A stretch of 64,000 nucleotides of DNA from an uncultured Alphaproteobacteria bacterium. Lineage in GTDB: Bacteria; Pseudomonadota; Alphaproteobacteria; Rhizobiales; Xanthobacteraceae. This document shows, piece by piece, positions 27,886-36,882 of this stretch (position 1 is its first letter; each line of letters opens with the position of its first letter). The translations under genes and the position numbers were made by a program. A model generated the notes under the pieces. That model did not search any database. It saw only the letters and a list, made by a program, of their open reading frames with translations, and had not been told where the DNA came from. The stretch lies in the NCBI GenBank assembly GCA_963781725.1, contig CAWAGV010000002.1, forward strand, positions 2,969,531 to 3,033,530, written 5' to 3'.

Positions 27886-28608
27886 TCATTCGACGATGCT
27901 GCTGGCCAAATTGCTGTAAGCCGCAATATGCCGACGCATGCGGCGGAAAGCGGCCTCGCCGTCTTGCTCAATGATGGCTTCCAGAACGCGTCCATGAACC
28001 TTGATGACCTGACGGCGCAAATCCGCAGTGTGCAGGCTTTGGTATTCGGTCGCCGCATAAATGGGCCGTGAAATGGCATCAACGAAGGTAATCAAAAGCT
28101 CGTTCTTGCTGGCTTTGACCACGGCAAGGTGCCATTTGAGGTTGACCTTCGCAAAGCGTGCAAAATCCCCGGAGAGGCTTTCAAGCTCCTCGTGGATCAT
28201 TCGCATTTCCTGAAGGTCTTCTTCGGTCCTGTGCAAAGCTGCCAGCCGCGCTGCGGCTGGTTCGACTAACTCGCGCGCTTCGATGAGTGCATCGAAACGA
28301 ACGCCGTGACTGCGCAGAAAAAGCTCGAACGAACGAGAAATCAACTCGCGCGTTGGGCGTCGAATTGCCGATCCACCGTTGCGGCCAGCGCGCGTGGCTA
28401 TTAGCCCTTCAGTTTCGAGAACGCGCAGGGCTTCACGGACGGACCCGCGGCTCAACCCCGACTGAGCGACAAGCTCGCGTTCGGTGGGTAAAGGAGTTCC
28501 TTCGGGCAGGCGTTCATCGAGAATAAGCTCTCGAAGTCGGTCTGCCAGCACGTCGGAAGCTTTGGGTACCGATACCGCGAGGCTCTCGAGCTTTAGTGAA
28601 CTGCGCAT
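27886..28608 (-). CDS. GntR family transcriptional regulator (FadR/FCD subfamily)
   Basis: 240 aa; wHTH LPTERELVAQSGLSRGSVREALRVLETEGLI plus a helical FCD-like domain. Divergent from the DLH / module B operon. Confidence 0.9.
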   Translation of the reverse strand: MRSSLKLESLAVSVPKASDVLADRLRELILDERLPEGTPLPTERELVAQSGLSRGSVREALRVLETEGLIATRAGRNGGSAIRRPTRELISRSFELFLRSHGVRFDALIEARELVEPAAARLAALHRTEEDLQEMRMIHEELESLSGDFARFAKVNLKWHLAVVKASKNELLITFVDAISRPIYAATEYQSLHTADLRRQVIKVHGRVLEAIIEQDGEAAFRRMRRHIAAYSNLASSIVE

Positions 28609-28731
28609 GCAGTTTCTCCGTGTGGAAACATGGCCGGCAAGTCGGGCGATATTATCCGACCAAAAACCTTTTGCCCTTGTGTCGGCAGCAGGATGACTTG
28701 GTTAGGCCGAGCGATCGTACACCATTTTTTT

Positions 28732-28758
28732 TGCATAACACTTTGATATTATGCATAA
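28732..28758. promoter_or_regulatory. TGCATAA-N10-TTATGCATAA palindrome set, candidate GntR operator
   Basis: TGCATAA (28732-28738) is the reverse complement of TTATGCA (28749-28755). TTATGCATAA (28749-28758) is itself a perfect 10-bp palindrome. It lies in a strongly AT-rich 400-nt divergent intergenic region. Confidence 0.4.
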
Positions 28759-29008
28759 AACTATAGAGTAGTAAGGCGCTAAATTCGGCAAATTGGGAAA
28801 GCGACAGGCCTACCCAGTTTGGTCTAACAATTACATTATTATTTGACGAACGCTGACGGGACATCTAGGTTCATTATATCGACATTGATCGGAAGTTCCA
28901 GCTCCTCACCACTTAAAAGAGTGCCCGAGCTCCCCGGAGCAATGTTGGCCTTACAAACGCGACAGTGCGGGTTTGCCGCCGTCGAACCAGCTTTTGAGGG
29001 GAGGGAAC

Positions 29009-29785
29009 ATGCGAGACCGTATGGTCGATATCGCGACGCCCGAAGGCGCGATGAATACATTCTTTTGCCAGCCCGAGGGGGCCGGGCCGTTCCCCGCGGT
29101 TGTGATCTACATGGATTTTTGGGGCTTTCGCGAGGAGCTTTTCGATCTCGTGCGTCGCGTCGCGTCTGTCGGCTATTACTGCATCATGCCGAATTTCTAT
29201 TATCGCCAGGGCAAGAAGGTCAGCCACGCATTCTATGATGAAAAAGGCCGAATGATTTCGTTTGAGACGCTGGACGAGGAGCGTCAGAAAATTGCGCTGG
29301 AGCCGCTCAACAATTTGTCCAACGCAATGGTCGTGCGCGATACGAAGTCGCTACTCGATTTCATGTTCAATGGAGAGCCGGTGCGGCGAGGCGCCATTGG
29401 CTCGATCGGCTACTGCATGGGCGGACGGCACGTGCTCTGTGCGGCCGGGAACTTTCCGGAGTTCTTTCGTGCGGGCGCCAGCCTTCACGGCACCAATCTC
29501 ATCCTCGATCAGGAGGATTCTCCGCATCATCTGGCCGACAAGTTTCGCGGAGAACTGTACTGCGGATTTGCCGAAACTGACCCCTATGCCAAGCCCGAAC
29601 TTATCCGCCGTCTAGGCGAGATCATGGCGAAGTGTCCCTTCGTGGATTATCGCTATGAGATCCATAAAGGCGCAGATCACGGCTACGCTCTGCCGGATCG
29701 CGATGTCTACCACAAACAGGGCTCGAATCGCGATTGGGAGCTCATGCTCGCGATGTTTCGTCGGCAATTGCCACCCTTTCCATAA
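29009..29785 (+). CDS. dienelactone hydrolase family protein
   Basis: ATG 29009 after GAGGGGAGGG. The nucleophile elbow G-Y-C-M-G (SIGYCMGGRH) is characteristic of DLH Cys hydrolases. Confidence 0.85.
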   Translation: MRDRMVDIATPEGAMNTFFCQPEGAGPFPAVVIYMDFWGFREELFDLVRRVASVGYYCIMPNFYYRQGKKVSHAFYDEKGRMISFETLDEERQKIALEPLNNLSNAMVVRDTKSLLDFMFNGEPVRRGAIGSIGYCMGGRHVLCAAGNFPEFFRAGASLHGTNLILDQEDSPHHLADKFRGELYCGFAETDPYAKPELIRRLGEIMAKCPFVDYRYEIHKGADHGYALPDRDVYHKQGSNRDWELMLAMFRRQLPPFP

Positions 29786-29818
29786 ACACACTTGATACTC
29801 GCAAAACAGGAGAACGCG

Positions 29819-30601
29819 ATGGCGGCTCTCGTCGATCGATGCGCGATCATTGCGGGCGGTAGCGGGGATATCGGAAGCGCGATCGCCTTAAAGCTGGCTG
29901 AGCTCGGCATCAACATATCGCTTGCCGGGCGTACGCAATCGAAGCTCGATACTGTTGCAGCGCGATTGCGGCATGAGGCCGGGCGCGAGGCCCTGGTGAC
30001 ATCCTGCGATTTGAGAAAAGCCGGTGCCGCAGCCGATCTGGTCGAGAAAACCGTGAGCAAATTCGGACGGCTCGATATCGTCGTGACTTGCGCCGGCGAT
30101 TTCAAGCGCGGGACTGTCGTATCGGTGCCGCGGGATGACTGGGAAGACGGCTTTGCATTGATGTTTCACGGCGCCGTCGGTCTGGTATCGGCATCGTGGC
30201 CGCATCTAAAGGCAGCAACCGGACACGTCGTGATGATCTCCGGCATTCATGGCGTCGAGCCGCATGCCGAGTCGATCATCGGAGGTGCGATTTGCGCGGC
30301 GCTATTGAATTTTGCCAAGGCCGCATCACAGACCGGCAGACAGGACAAAGTGTCCGTGAATAGCATTGTCGCCGGATACCTGCAGGGGCGACGCCTTAAC
30401 GGCATGGTGGACAAGCTCGCCAACGAGCAAAACCTTGCGAAGGAAGAAGCAAGACAGGTTTTTGCAGATAAACTCGGCCTGCAGAGATTCGGAACGCCGG
30501 AGGATGTGGCTAATATCGTTGAGCTGATGATTAGCGAGAAGGGATCGTATCTGCAGGGATCCGCCATCGTTCTCGATGGCGGTGTTACCCATGGCCGCTA
30601 A
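29819..30601 (+). CDS. atypical SDR-like NAD(P)-binding protein lacking YxxxK (module copy B)
   Basis: ATG 29819 after AGGAG. Rossmann motif AGGSGDIGSAIA. The expected YxxxK position reads GGAICAALLNFAKA. Paralog of 18410-19192 (shared LDIVVTCAGDFKR, RFGTP.DVAN.VEL). Confidence 0.85.
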   Translation: MAALVDRCAIIAGGSGDIGSAIALKLAELGINISLAGRTQSKLDTVAARLRHEAGREALVTSCDLRKAGAAADLVEKTVSKFGRLDIVVTCAGDFKRGTVVSVPRDDWEDGFALMFHGAVGLVSASWPHLKAATGHVVMISGIHGVEPHAESIIGGAICAALLNFAKAASQTGRQDKVSVNSIVAGYLQGRRLNGMVDKLANEQNLAKEEARQVFADKLGLQRFGTPEDVANIVELMISEKGSYLQGSAIVLDGGVTHGR

Positions 30602-31958
30602 CGATAGTTCTTTGGCGAATGAGACCATCGCAAGCCGCCTGGCCGATTTCATCGTTGCACTGCGCTGGGAAGTTGTCGAAGAACGCGTCCGCCATGAAGT
30701 TAAGCGGGCATTTTTTAACTGGCTCGGTTGTGCCGTCGGTGGTTCGAAACACGGCAGTATAGCTTTGGCGCAGGCCGCACTCCTGCCGGTCGCGGGCGCC
30801 CCGCAGTCAACCATCATCGGGCGGCGGCAGCGCACCGACATGCTGACGGCATCGCTCCTTAACTGTACAAGCTCAAGTGTCTACGGCTTCGACGACACGC
30901 ACGCCGAGACCATACTGCATCCGACTGGTCCTGTGGCCGCGGCCCTTCTCGCCTTGTCCGAAACGACACCGATCTCGGGGCAGGACTTCCAGTTGGCGCT
31001 CTTGCTCGGGGTCGAAATCGAGAGCCGGCTCAGCAAAGCGATTGCGGTCGCGCCTGCGCGATGCAAGGTAGGCTGGTATCTTACCGGACTGACCGGCGGC
31101 GTCGGCGCCGCCGCTGCTGCAGGTCTTGTTCTCGGGCTAACACCGCAGCAGATTGTGTGGGCAATGGGCATAGCCTCGGGTCAGGGCGCAGGAAATCGTG
31201 CAATGCACGCCGCGATGACGAGCGCATTGGTGCCCGGTCATGCCGCATATTGCGGCTTGCGCGCGGTGCTTCTGGCCAAGGCCGGTTTCACATGCGGGGC
31301 CAATTTCATCGAGAACCCCAACGGCTTTCTCAATTTGTTTGCCGAGGAACCAAATCCGAAGGCCCTGTTCGACGGTCTTGGCGAGCGCTACGAGATCATG
31401 GCAACCAACTACAAGCCATGGCCTTGCGGGATTGTGCTTCACGCGATGGTGGACGCCTGTCTCCAGATCTATCGGCACCAGCGGATTGCTGCCGCCGATA
31501 TCGCTCGCATCGAAGTGACGGTCCATCCAACGGCAATTACGCTTGGCAACCGGCCTAATCCGACCGACGATCTTCAGGCGATCGTCAGCCTGCATCACTG
31601 GGCAGCTGCGACACTTGTCCGCGGTCAGTCCGGAATCGATGTTCTGGACATGAGCACCATAACCGATCCGGAAATAGCCAAAACGCGCAGCAAGGTTCAC
31701 GCTGTTGCGAGTGATGCCCTCGCGCCGGATGCTGCTCGGGTTCTGATCGAAACTACAGCCGGCACAAGACTCGGAGCCGAAGTCGAGCATTGCCTGGGCA
31801 GTGCGACGCGGCCGATGTCCGATGGTGACCTTGAGGCTAAATTCCGGGCACAGTGCACCGGGATTATCGACGAGAAATGCGCTGATGGGCTCGTTCTGGA
31901 ATGTTGGCGTCTCGATCAATGTGCCGACATGGCGGAGCTTGGACGATTGGCTGCCTGA
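30591..31958 (+). CDS. MmgE/PrpD family protein (module copy B, paralog 3)
   Basis: ORF from 30576. ATG 30591 gives the same 11-nt overlap with the SDR-like stop as in copy A. It shares long identical strings with 17011-18420. Confidence 0.9.
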   Translation: MAANDSSLANETIASRLADFIVALRWEVVEERVRHEVKRAFFNWLGCAVGGSKHGSIALAQAALLPVAGAPQSTIIGRRQRTDMLTASLLNCTSSSVYGFDDTHAETILHPTGPVAAALLALSETTPISGQDFQLALLLGVEIESRLSKAIAVAPARCKVGWYLTGLTGGVGAAAAAGLVLGLTPQQIVWAMGIASGQGAGNRAMHAAMTSALVPGHAAYCGLRAVLLAKAGFTCGANFIENPNGFLNLFAEEPNPKALFDGLGERYEIMATNYKPWPCGIVLHAMVDACLQIYRHQRIAAADIARIEVTVHPTAITLGNRPNPTDDLQAIVSLHHWAAATLVRGQSGIDVLDMSTITDPEIAKTRSKVHAVASDALAPDAARVLIETTAGTRLGAEVEHCLGSATRPMSDGDLEAKFRAQCTGIIDEKCADGLVLECWRLDQCADMAELGRLAA

Positions 31959-31967
31959 GATACGACG

Positions 31968-32945
31968 ATGCCCATAGCACTTGACGATCTGCTTTTCTCT
32001 GAGCCGATTTTCAGTAGGCCTGAATGCGTGTTGTGCTGCGCGTCAGGCGATATCTTTGCTTCCCACAAAGGCGCCAGCGTCCTTCACGTTCGGCCTGATG
32101 GAAAAAGTCGTGTGCTGGGTTTCGTTTCCGGCTTCACCGATACCGACAAGTTCCTTCCAAACGGCATTGCACTCGCGCGCGACGGTGCGCTGTTCATTGC
32201 CAACATTGCCGGCGAGGGGGGCGTCTGGCGTACCGGGACTGATGGCGCGCTGGGTCCGTATCTGATGGAAGTCGACGGTACCAAGCTTGTTGCAGCCAAT
32301 TTCGTCTGGTTTGATCGCTTGAACCGGATGTGGATCACTTGCAGTACGCGATCCGCCGATCGTTCCGCCCCGATGAACGAAAACGTCAGAGATGGCTTTG
32401 TCGTGCTGGTGGATGATCGCGGTCCGCGCATCGTAGCGGACAGCCTTGCCTTCACCAACGAATGTCGAATCGATGGAGAAGGCAAGGCACTCTACGTTTG
32501 CGAAACCGCAGGCTACAGCATCAGCCGCTTCCCGATCCGTTCATCTGGGGAGCTTGGGCCTCGCCAACTGTTCGTCGAGTTTGCCCCGGGGACTTATCCC
32601 GACGGATGCGCGTTTGACTCAGCCGGCCATCTCTGGATGGCGAGCCCCGTCAGTAATCGTGTGATCCGTGTCAGTCCGGACGGGCGACAAGAAACCGTGA
32701 TCGAGGACTCGGTGCCTGGTCATATTGAAACGGTGGAAGCTGCCCGTGCGCGCGGCCGGTTTTCGCGCGATCATTTCTACATGAAGTCCGGCGAGCGTTT
32801 GGAGGCGATCACATCGGTAGCGTTCGGCGGAACTGACCTGCGAACGATCTATCTCGGCTCGCTGACGAACAGGCAACTCGTGTCATTCCGGTCGGATGTC
32901 GCTGGCGAAGCACCGGTCCATTGGAATTTTAATCGCGCATTCTAA
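31968..32945 (+). CDS. SMP-30/gluconolactonase/LRE family protein (module copy B)
   Basis: 325 aa. Shares RPECVLCCASGD, FLPNG, NECRID, GTYPDGCAFD and ITS.AFGG.DL.TI.LGSLT with 15984-16997. Confidence 0.85.
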   Translation: MPIALDDLLFSEPIFSRPECVLCCASGDIFASHKGASVLHVRPDGKSRVLGFVSGFTDTDKFLPNGIALARDGALFIANIAGEGGVWRTGTDGALGPYLMEVDGTKLVAANFVWFDRLNRMWITCSTRSADRSAPMNENVRDGFVVLVDDRGPRIVADSLAFTNECRIDGEGKALYVCETAGYSISRFPIRSSGELGPRQLFVEFAPGTYPDGCAFDSAGHLWMASPVSNRVIRVSPDGRQETVIEDSVPGHIETVEAARARGRFSRDHFYMKSGERLEAITSVAFGGTDLRTIYLGSLTNRQLVSFRSDVAGEAPVHWNFNRAF

Positions 32946-32980
32946 CTGCGCCGTGCTTCGATGCACTTCGGCGGGGAGGA

Positions 32981-33874
32981 TTACGCCTGCATTCCCCAGC
33001 GCCTGACGGTCCGTGCTTCGATAACGCGAAAGATCACGTTTTCAACAATAAGGCCGATGATCGTGACCATCAAAAGGCCCGCGAATACCGAAGCGATATC
33101 CAGCTGATTGCGGCTTTCGAAGATGAACCATCCCAGCCCGCCCTGATTTGACGTGACACCGAAGACGAGTTCTGCGGCGATCAAGGTGCGCCAGGCAAAG
33201 GCCCATCCAATTTTCAAACCGGTGAGAATAGATGGAAACGCTGCCGGCACCAGGACCTGTACGAGAAATGGTATTCCTCTCAGACCATAATTCATTCCCG
33301 CCATGCGCTGTGTTTGGGGTACCGAGGCGAAACCTGCCACCGTATTGAGCGCGACAGCCCAGATCACCGAGTGCACGATAACAAAGACCGGACTCGGCGT
33401 TCCCAGACCGAACCACAAAAGCGCGAGCGGCAGCAGAGCAATTGCGGGAAGAGGATTGAACATAGCTGTGAGAATAGCGAGAAAATCAGTGCCGTAGCCA
33501 CTAGTCGCGGCGATCGCGGTTGCGACGGCGGCCGCAGCGAGACCGATAGCGTAACCGGTCAGCAATGTTTCAAGTGAGATCAACGTGCGCAAAGCCAGCG
33601 TACCGTCGACGATGCCGGCCACGAATGCCTGCAACGTTTCAACGAAAGTCGGAAAGATCAGCGAATTCCCGATCCACAGAGCGCCACCCTGCCAGAGCAA
33701 TGCCAATATCAGAATAATGGAGCTGTAGCGGACTGCCTTGTTGTGGAGCAGATGGCGTGCTGTCGGTAATGGCTGCTTGATCGGCTCGGCCCGGTCCGCC
33801 GATACCGCAATTTCGTATTCCGGGCGGCTGATCAAGACAGTTTGGTCGGGCTCGGTGCTTATGGTTTCAGCCAT
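32981..33874 (-). CDS. ABC transporter permease (NitT/TauT family)
   Basis: ATG 33874 overlaps the ATPase stop by 8 nt. Multi-TM protein with a binding-protein-dependent transport signature region (LKIGWAFAWRTLIAAE). Confidence 0.85.
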   Translation of the reverse strand: MAETISTEPDQTVLISRPEYEIAVSADRAEPIKQPLPTARHLLHNKAVRYSSIILILALLWQGGALWIGNSLIFPTFVETLQAFVAGIVDGTLALRTLISLETLLTGYAIGLAAAAVATAIAATSGYGTDFLAILTAMFNPLPAIALLPLALLWFGLGTPSPVFVIVHSVIWAVALNTVAGFASVPQTQRMAGMNYGLRGIPFLVQVLVPAAFPSILTGLKIGWAFAWRTLIAAELVFGVTSNQGGLGWFIFESRNQLDIASVFAGLLMVTIIGLIVENVIFRVIEARTVRRWGMQA

Positions 33875-34655
33875 TGTGATAGGTCCCGGCGCCGAACAGC
33901 AGCGAGTTGATCTTCCGTTGCAGCGCCATGAATTCGCCCCCGCCGATATCCCCGCGCCCAAAATCAGCGGCATTGAGTTCGGCCCGCACCCGCCCAGGGT
34001 GAGGACTCAGCACAAGAATGCGCGAGCCGATAACAATGGCCTCTTCGATCGAGTGGGTTACGAAGATGACCGTAAAGTTCGTCTCCTCCCAAAGCCGGAG
34101 CAATTCGTCCTGCATTTGCTGACGGGTCAGCGCATCGAGCGCAGCAAACGGCTCGTCCATTAGCAATATCTTCGGCTCCATCACCATCCCGCGCGCGATG
34201 GCGACCCGTTGTTTCATTCCACCGGATAGAGTGTGGGGATAGGCGTTGCGAAAGGCGCCAAGACGGACTTTTTCGATGACGGCAAGGGCGCGTTCCTCGG
34301 CATCCTTGCGGGTCGCTTGCTTGCTGGCAAGCAGCGGAAACATCACGTTTTGCAGCACGGTTTTCCAGGGCATCAACTGGTCGAATTCCTGGAAGACCAT
34401 CATGCGATCGGGGCCCGGCCGCAGAGTCGGACGTCCATTCAGTTTCACGCTGCCTTCGATCGGCGGGATGAATCCCCCGATGCATTTGAGAAGGGTCGAT
34501 TTTCCGCAGCCCGATGGACCCAGCAGCATAAAGCGGTCGGCTGAAAACACATTGAAGCTGACGCGCTGGGTTGCCGTGATCAGGTCGTCACGTGTCTCAT
34601 ATTGAATCGTGACGTTACTGACGTCCAACAAAGCGATCGGAGCATTCTCCGACAT
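33867..34655 (-). CDS. ABC transporter ATP-binding protein (NitT/TauT family)
   Basis: Walker A GPSGCGKST, signature LSGGMKQR, Walker B ILLMDEPF. Confidence 0.92.
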   Translation of the reverse strand: MSENAPIALLDVSNVTIQYETRDDLITATQRVSFNVFSADRFMLLGPSGCGKSTLLKCIGGFIPPIEGSVKLNGRPTLRPGPDRMMVFQEFDQLMPWKTVLQNVMFPLLASKQATRKDAEERALAVIEKVRLGAFRNAYPHTLSGGMKQRVAIARGMVMEPKILLMDEPFAALDALTRQQMQDELLRLWEETNFTVIFVTHSIEEAIVIGSRILVLSPHPGRVRAELNAADFGRGDIGGGEFMALQRKINSLLFGAGTYHNG

Positions 34656-35666
34656 TCAATTGCCTGGAAGGCTTTGCGCGCTCTCGAAGAAAAGGTCCTT
34701 CCAGGACGGAAGTTTTTTCGAGATCGATCCCGTTTCGTACATGAAGTCAGCGAACTGCTGCATCTTCGCAGGTATGTTGGTGAAGTCGATATCGGGGTCC
34801 GTCACCAGCTTGACGATATCGTCCTGTTTGTCTTTTTTATCGTTCGCCAAGCGCAAGTAGATGTCAGCGACCCGTTTGGGGTCGCGTTTGATCATGTCGT
34901 TTGCCTCGTTCTGCGCAGCGAGTATCGCAGCGATCACTTTGGGATTGTCCCGATAGAAGTTTCGGGTGACGCCGAGCAACCCGTTGTTGTGAGGACCGCC
35001 AGCCACCTCATAGGATTTCATGACGACATGAACCGCGGGATCCGCCAGTTCCTGCTGATAAAACGGAGCCGTCGCCACATGGGCATCGACCGGTCCGTTG
35101 TCGGTCAGGAGCGAGACGACGGAGCTCGGATGGCTCATCTGAACCGTGATCGGATCGAGCTTGTTGAAGTTGGCCATGCCGAACTGCTTGGCGACCGCCA
35201 TTTGCAGCAACAACGCCATGGTCGAGATTTTCACTGCCGGAACAGCGATACGATCCTTGGTCGTGAAATCGGCGACCGAATGCACGTCCGGGTTCCGAGT
35301 TGTCAGCATGAACGGCATGTTGAGCGTTGCGGATATAGACTTGATTTCGTTCGGGGTGCCGGCGGTTTTGCTCCAAATCGTGGCGGCCGTCGGAAAGCCC
35401 ATCAAGACAACGTCAGCGGTTCGGCTCAAAAGAACGTCCGTAATCTGTGCCGCGCCGCTTACCGAAACGTAGCGAACGGTCAGATCATTGACGCCGTCGG
35501 CCGCTGCTCGCTTTTCGACCAGCTTCTCGCTTTCCATGACCATTATGGGGAGGGAAGTGAGGCCTATTTGCTGGACTATTGTGACGGTTTTCGTCTCGGC
35601 CTGGGCGAGCGAAGTGAATGTCAGCGAGAGCAGTCCGGAGAAAATTAGTTTTCCCGACAAGTGCAT
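34656..35666 (-). CDS. ABC transporter substrate-binding protein (NMT1/SsuA-like)
   Basis: ATG 35666 with GGGGGAGGG 7 nt upstream. Signal peptide MHLSGKLIFSGLLSLTFTSLAQA. Its stop abuts the ATPase start. Confidence 0.8.
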   Translation of the reverse strand: MHLSGKLIFSGLLSLTFTSLAQAETKTVTIVQQIGLTSLPIMVMESEKLVEKRAAADGVNDLTVRYVSVSGAAQITDVLLSRTADVVLMGFPTAATIWSKTAGTPNEIKSISATLNMPFMLTTRNPDVHSVADFTTKDRIAVPAVKISTMALLLQMAVAKQFGMANFNKLDPITVQMSHPSSVVSLLTDNGPVDAHVATAPFYQQELADPAVHVVMKSYEVAGGPHNNGLLGVTRNFYRDNPKVIAAILAAQNEANDMIKRDPKRVADIYLRLANDKKDKQDDIVKLVTDPDIDFTNIPAKMQQFADFMYETGSISKKLPSWKDLFFESAQSLPGN

Positions 35667-35691
35667 CGTCAATCCCTCCCCCAATTTATTC

Positions 35692-36699
35692 TTAGTCGAC
35701 CGTACCGATGACCGGAATCAGTTTGGCGAATTTGTCGACTTCCTGCTGGTAATAGATGGAGAAGTCGTGCGGCGTGCCGTACATCGGTGAATTGCCCTGT
35801 GCGGAGAGAGACGCTTTTAGGTCGTCAGATTTTAACGCCTGTTCAGTTGCGGTCGCCAACCGGTCGATGATTTCCGGTGGAGTCCCGTGTGGGGCCAGAA
35901 GCCCAGTCCAGAGCCACACATTGAAACCAGGGATCCCAGCCTGCGCTACGGTCGGAAGATTCGGAAGCGCGGGGTCCGGCTTGTCGCCGGTTGTGGCCAA
36001 TCCGATGAGCTGACCGTTCCTCACGAAACCCAGAACCGGCGGTATCGAAGAAAACATCACCTTCTCCTGGCCGGACAAGAGATCTTTAATAGTTTCACCG
36101 CCGCCTTTGTAGTGCACCGCCGTCATCTTTATTCCCGCGGCCAGGTTGAATAGTTCTGCAGCAAGATGAGTCGATGTTCCCTTACCCGCCGTCGCATAAA
36201 GCAGATCATCGGGATGGAGCTTGGCATAACTGATCAGCCCGGCAACATCGGTTATGTTCAACGATGGATGAACGACGAGCACGAGGGATGTTCCGGCAAG
36301 CGGTGCGATCGCAGTAAAGTCCTTTGCAACCTTGATCGGAAAGTTTGCAAACAAGCTTTCGTTGACCGCGGTGCTCGGCGCCGCGATCATTAGTGTGTAG
36401 CCATCAGGTGCTGAATGAGCGACGTATTCGGTTGCGATGTTACCGGAAGCACCGAGCTTGTTCTCGACGTAGATTTGCTGACCCAGAATTTCGCCGAGCT
36501 TCGCGGCAATTGTTCGCGCGATGATGTCCGCCGGGCCGCCGGCGGCGAACCCGACGACCACCTTAATCGGCCTGACCGGATAGTTTGTCTGTGCCTGGGC
36601 GGCGCTAGCGATCAGCGCGACGGCGGCCGCGATCACCACTAGCAATCGCAGCCCGACAGGCCGCTTCGGAATCTGCCACTCGTTAATCAGACCTCTCAT
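35692..36699 (-). CDS. Bug family TTT substrate-binding protein
   Basis: YPVRPIKVVVGFAAGGPADI after a signal peptide. ATG 36699 (alternative 36708) chosen for RBS spacing. The track ORF extends to 36807. Confidence 0.88.
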   Translation of the reverse strand: MRGLINEWQIPKRPVGLRLLVVIAAAVALIASAAQAQTNYPVRPIKVVVGFAAGGPADIIARTIAAKLGEILGQQIYVENKLGASGNIATEYVAHSAPDGYTLMIAAPSTAVNESLFANFPIKVAKDFTAIAPLAGTSLVLVVHPSLNITDVAGLISYAKLHPDDLLYATAGKGTSTHLAAELFNLAAGIKMTAVHYKGGGETIKDLLSGQEKVMFSSIPPVLGFVRNGQLIGLATTGDKPDPALPNLPTVAQAGIPGFNVWLWTGLLAPHGTPPEIIDRLATATEQALKSDDLKASLSAQGNSPMYGTPHDFSIYYQQEVDKFAKLIPVIGTVD

Positions 36700-36882
36700 T
36701 GAAAACATTCCTCTCCCATGGTGTCGCTCATTGGATTTTTCTGGGCAAGTTCCTGCAAAAAACAAATGCAGGCCTAGCAAATGGAGATTGGTATTAATAT
36801 TGGACATTTAGCCCTAAAGACAACTATCTTCGTCACGCCGCTTTTCCGTGGGGCAAAATGAGAACGTCAGGAGGGATGCAAC

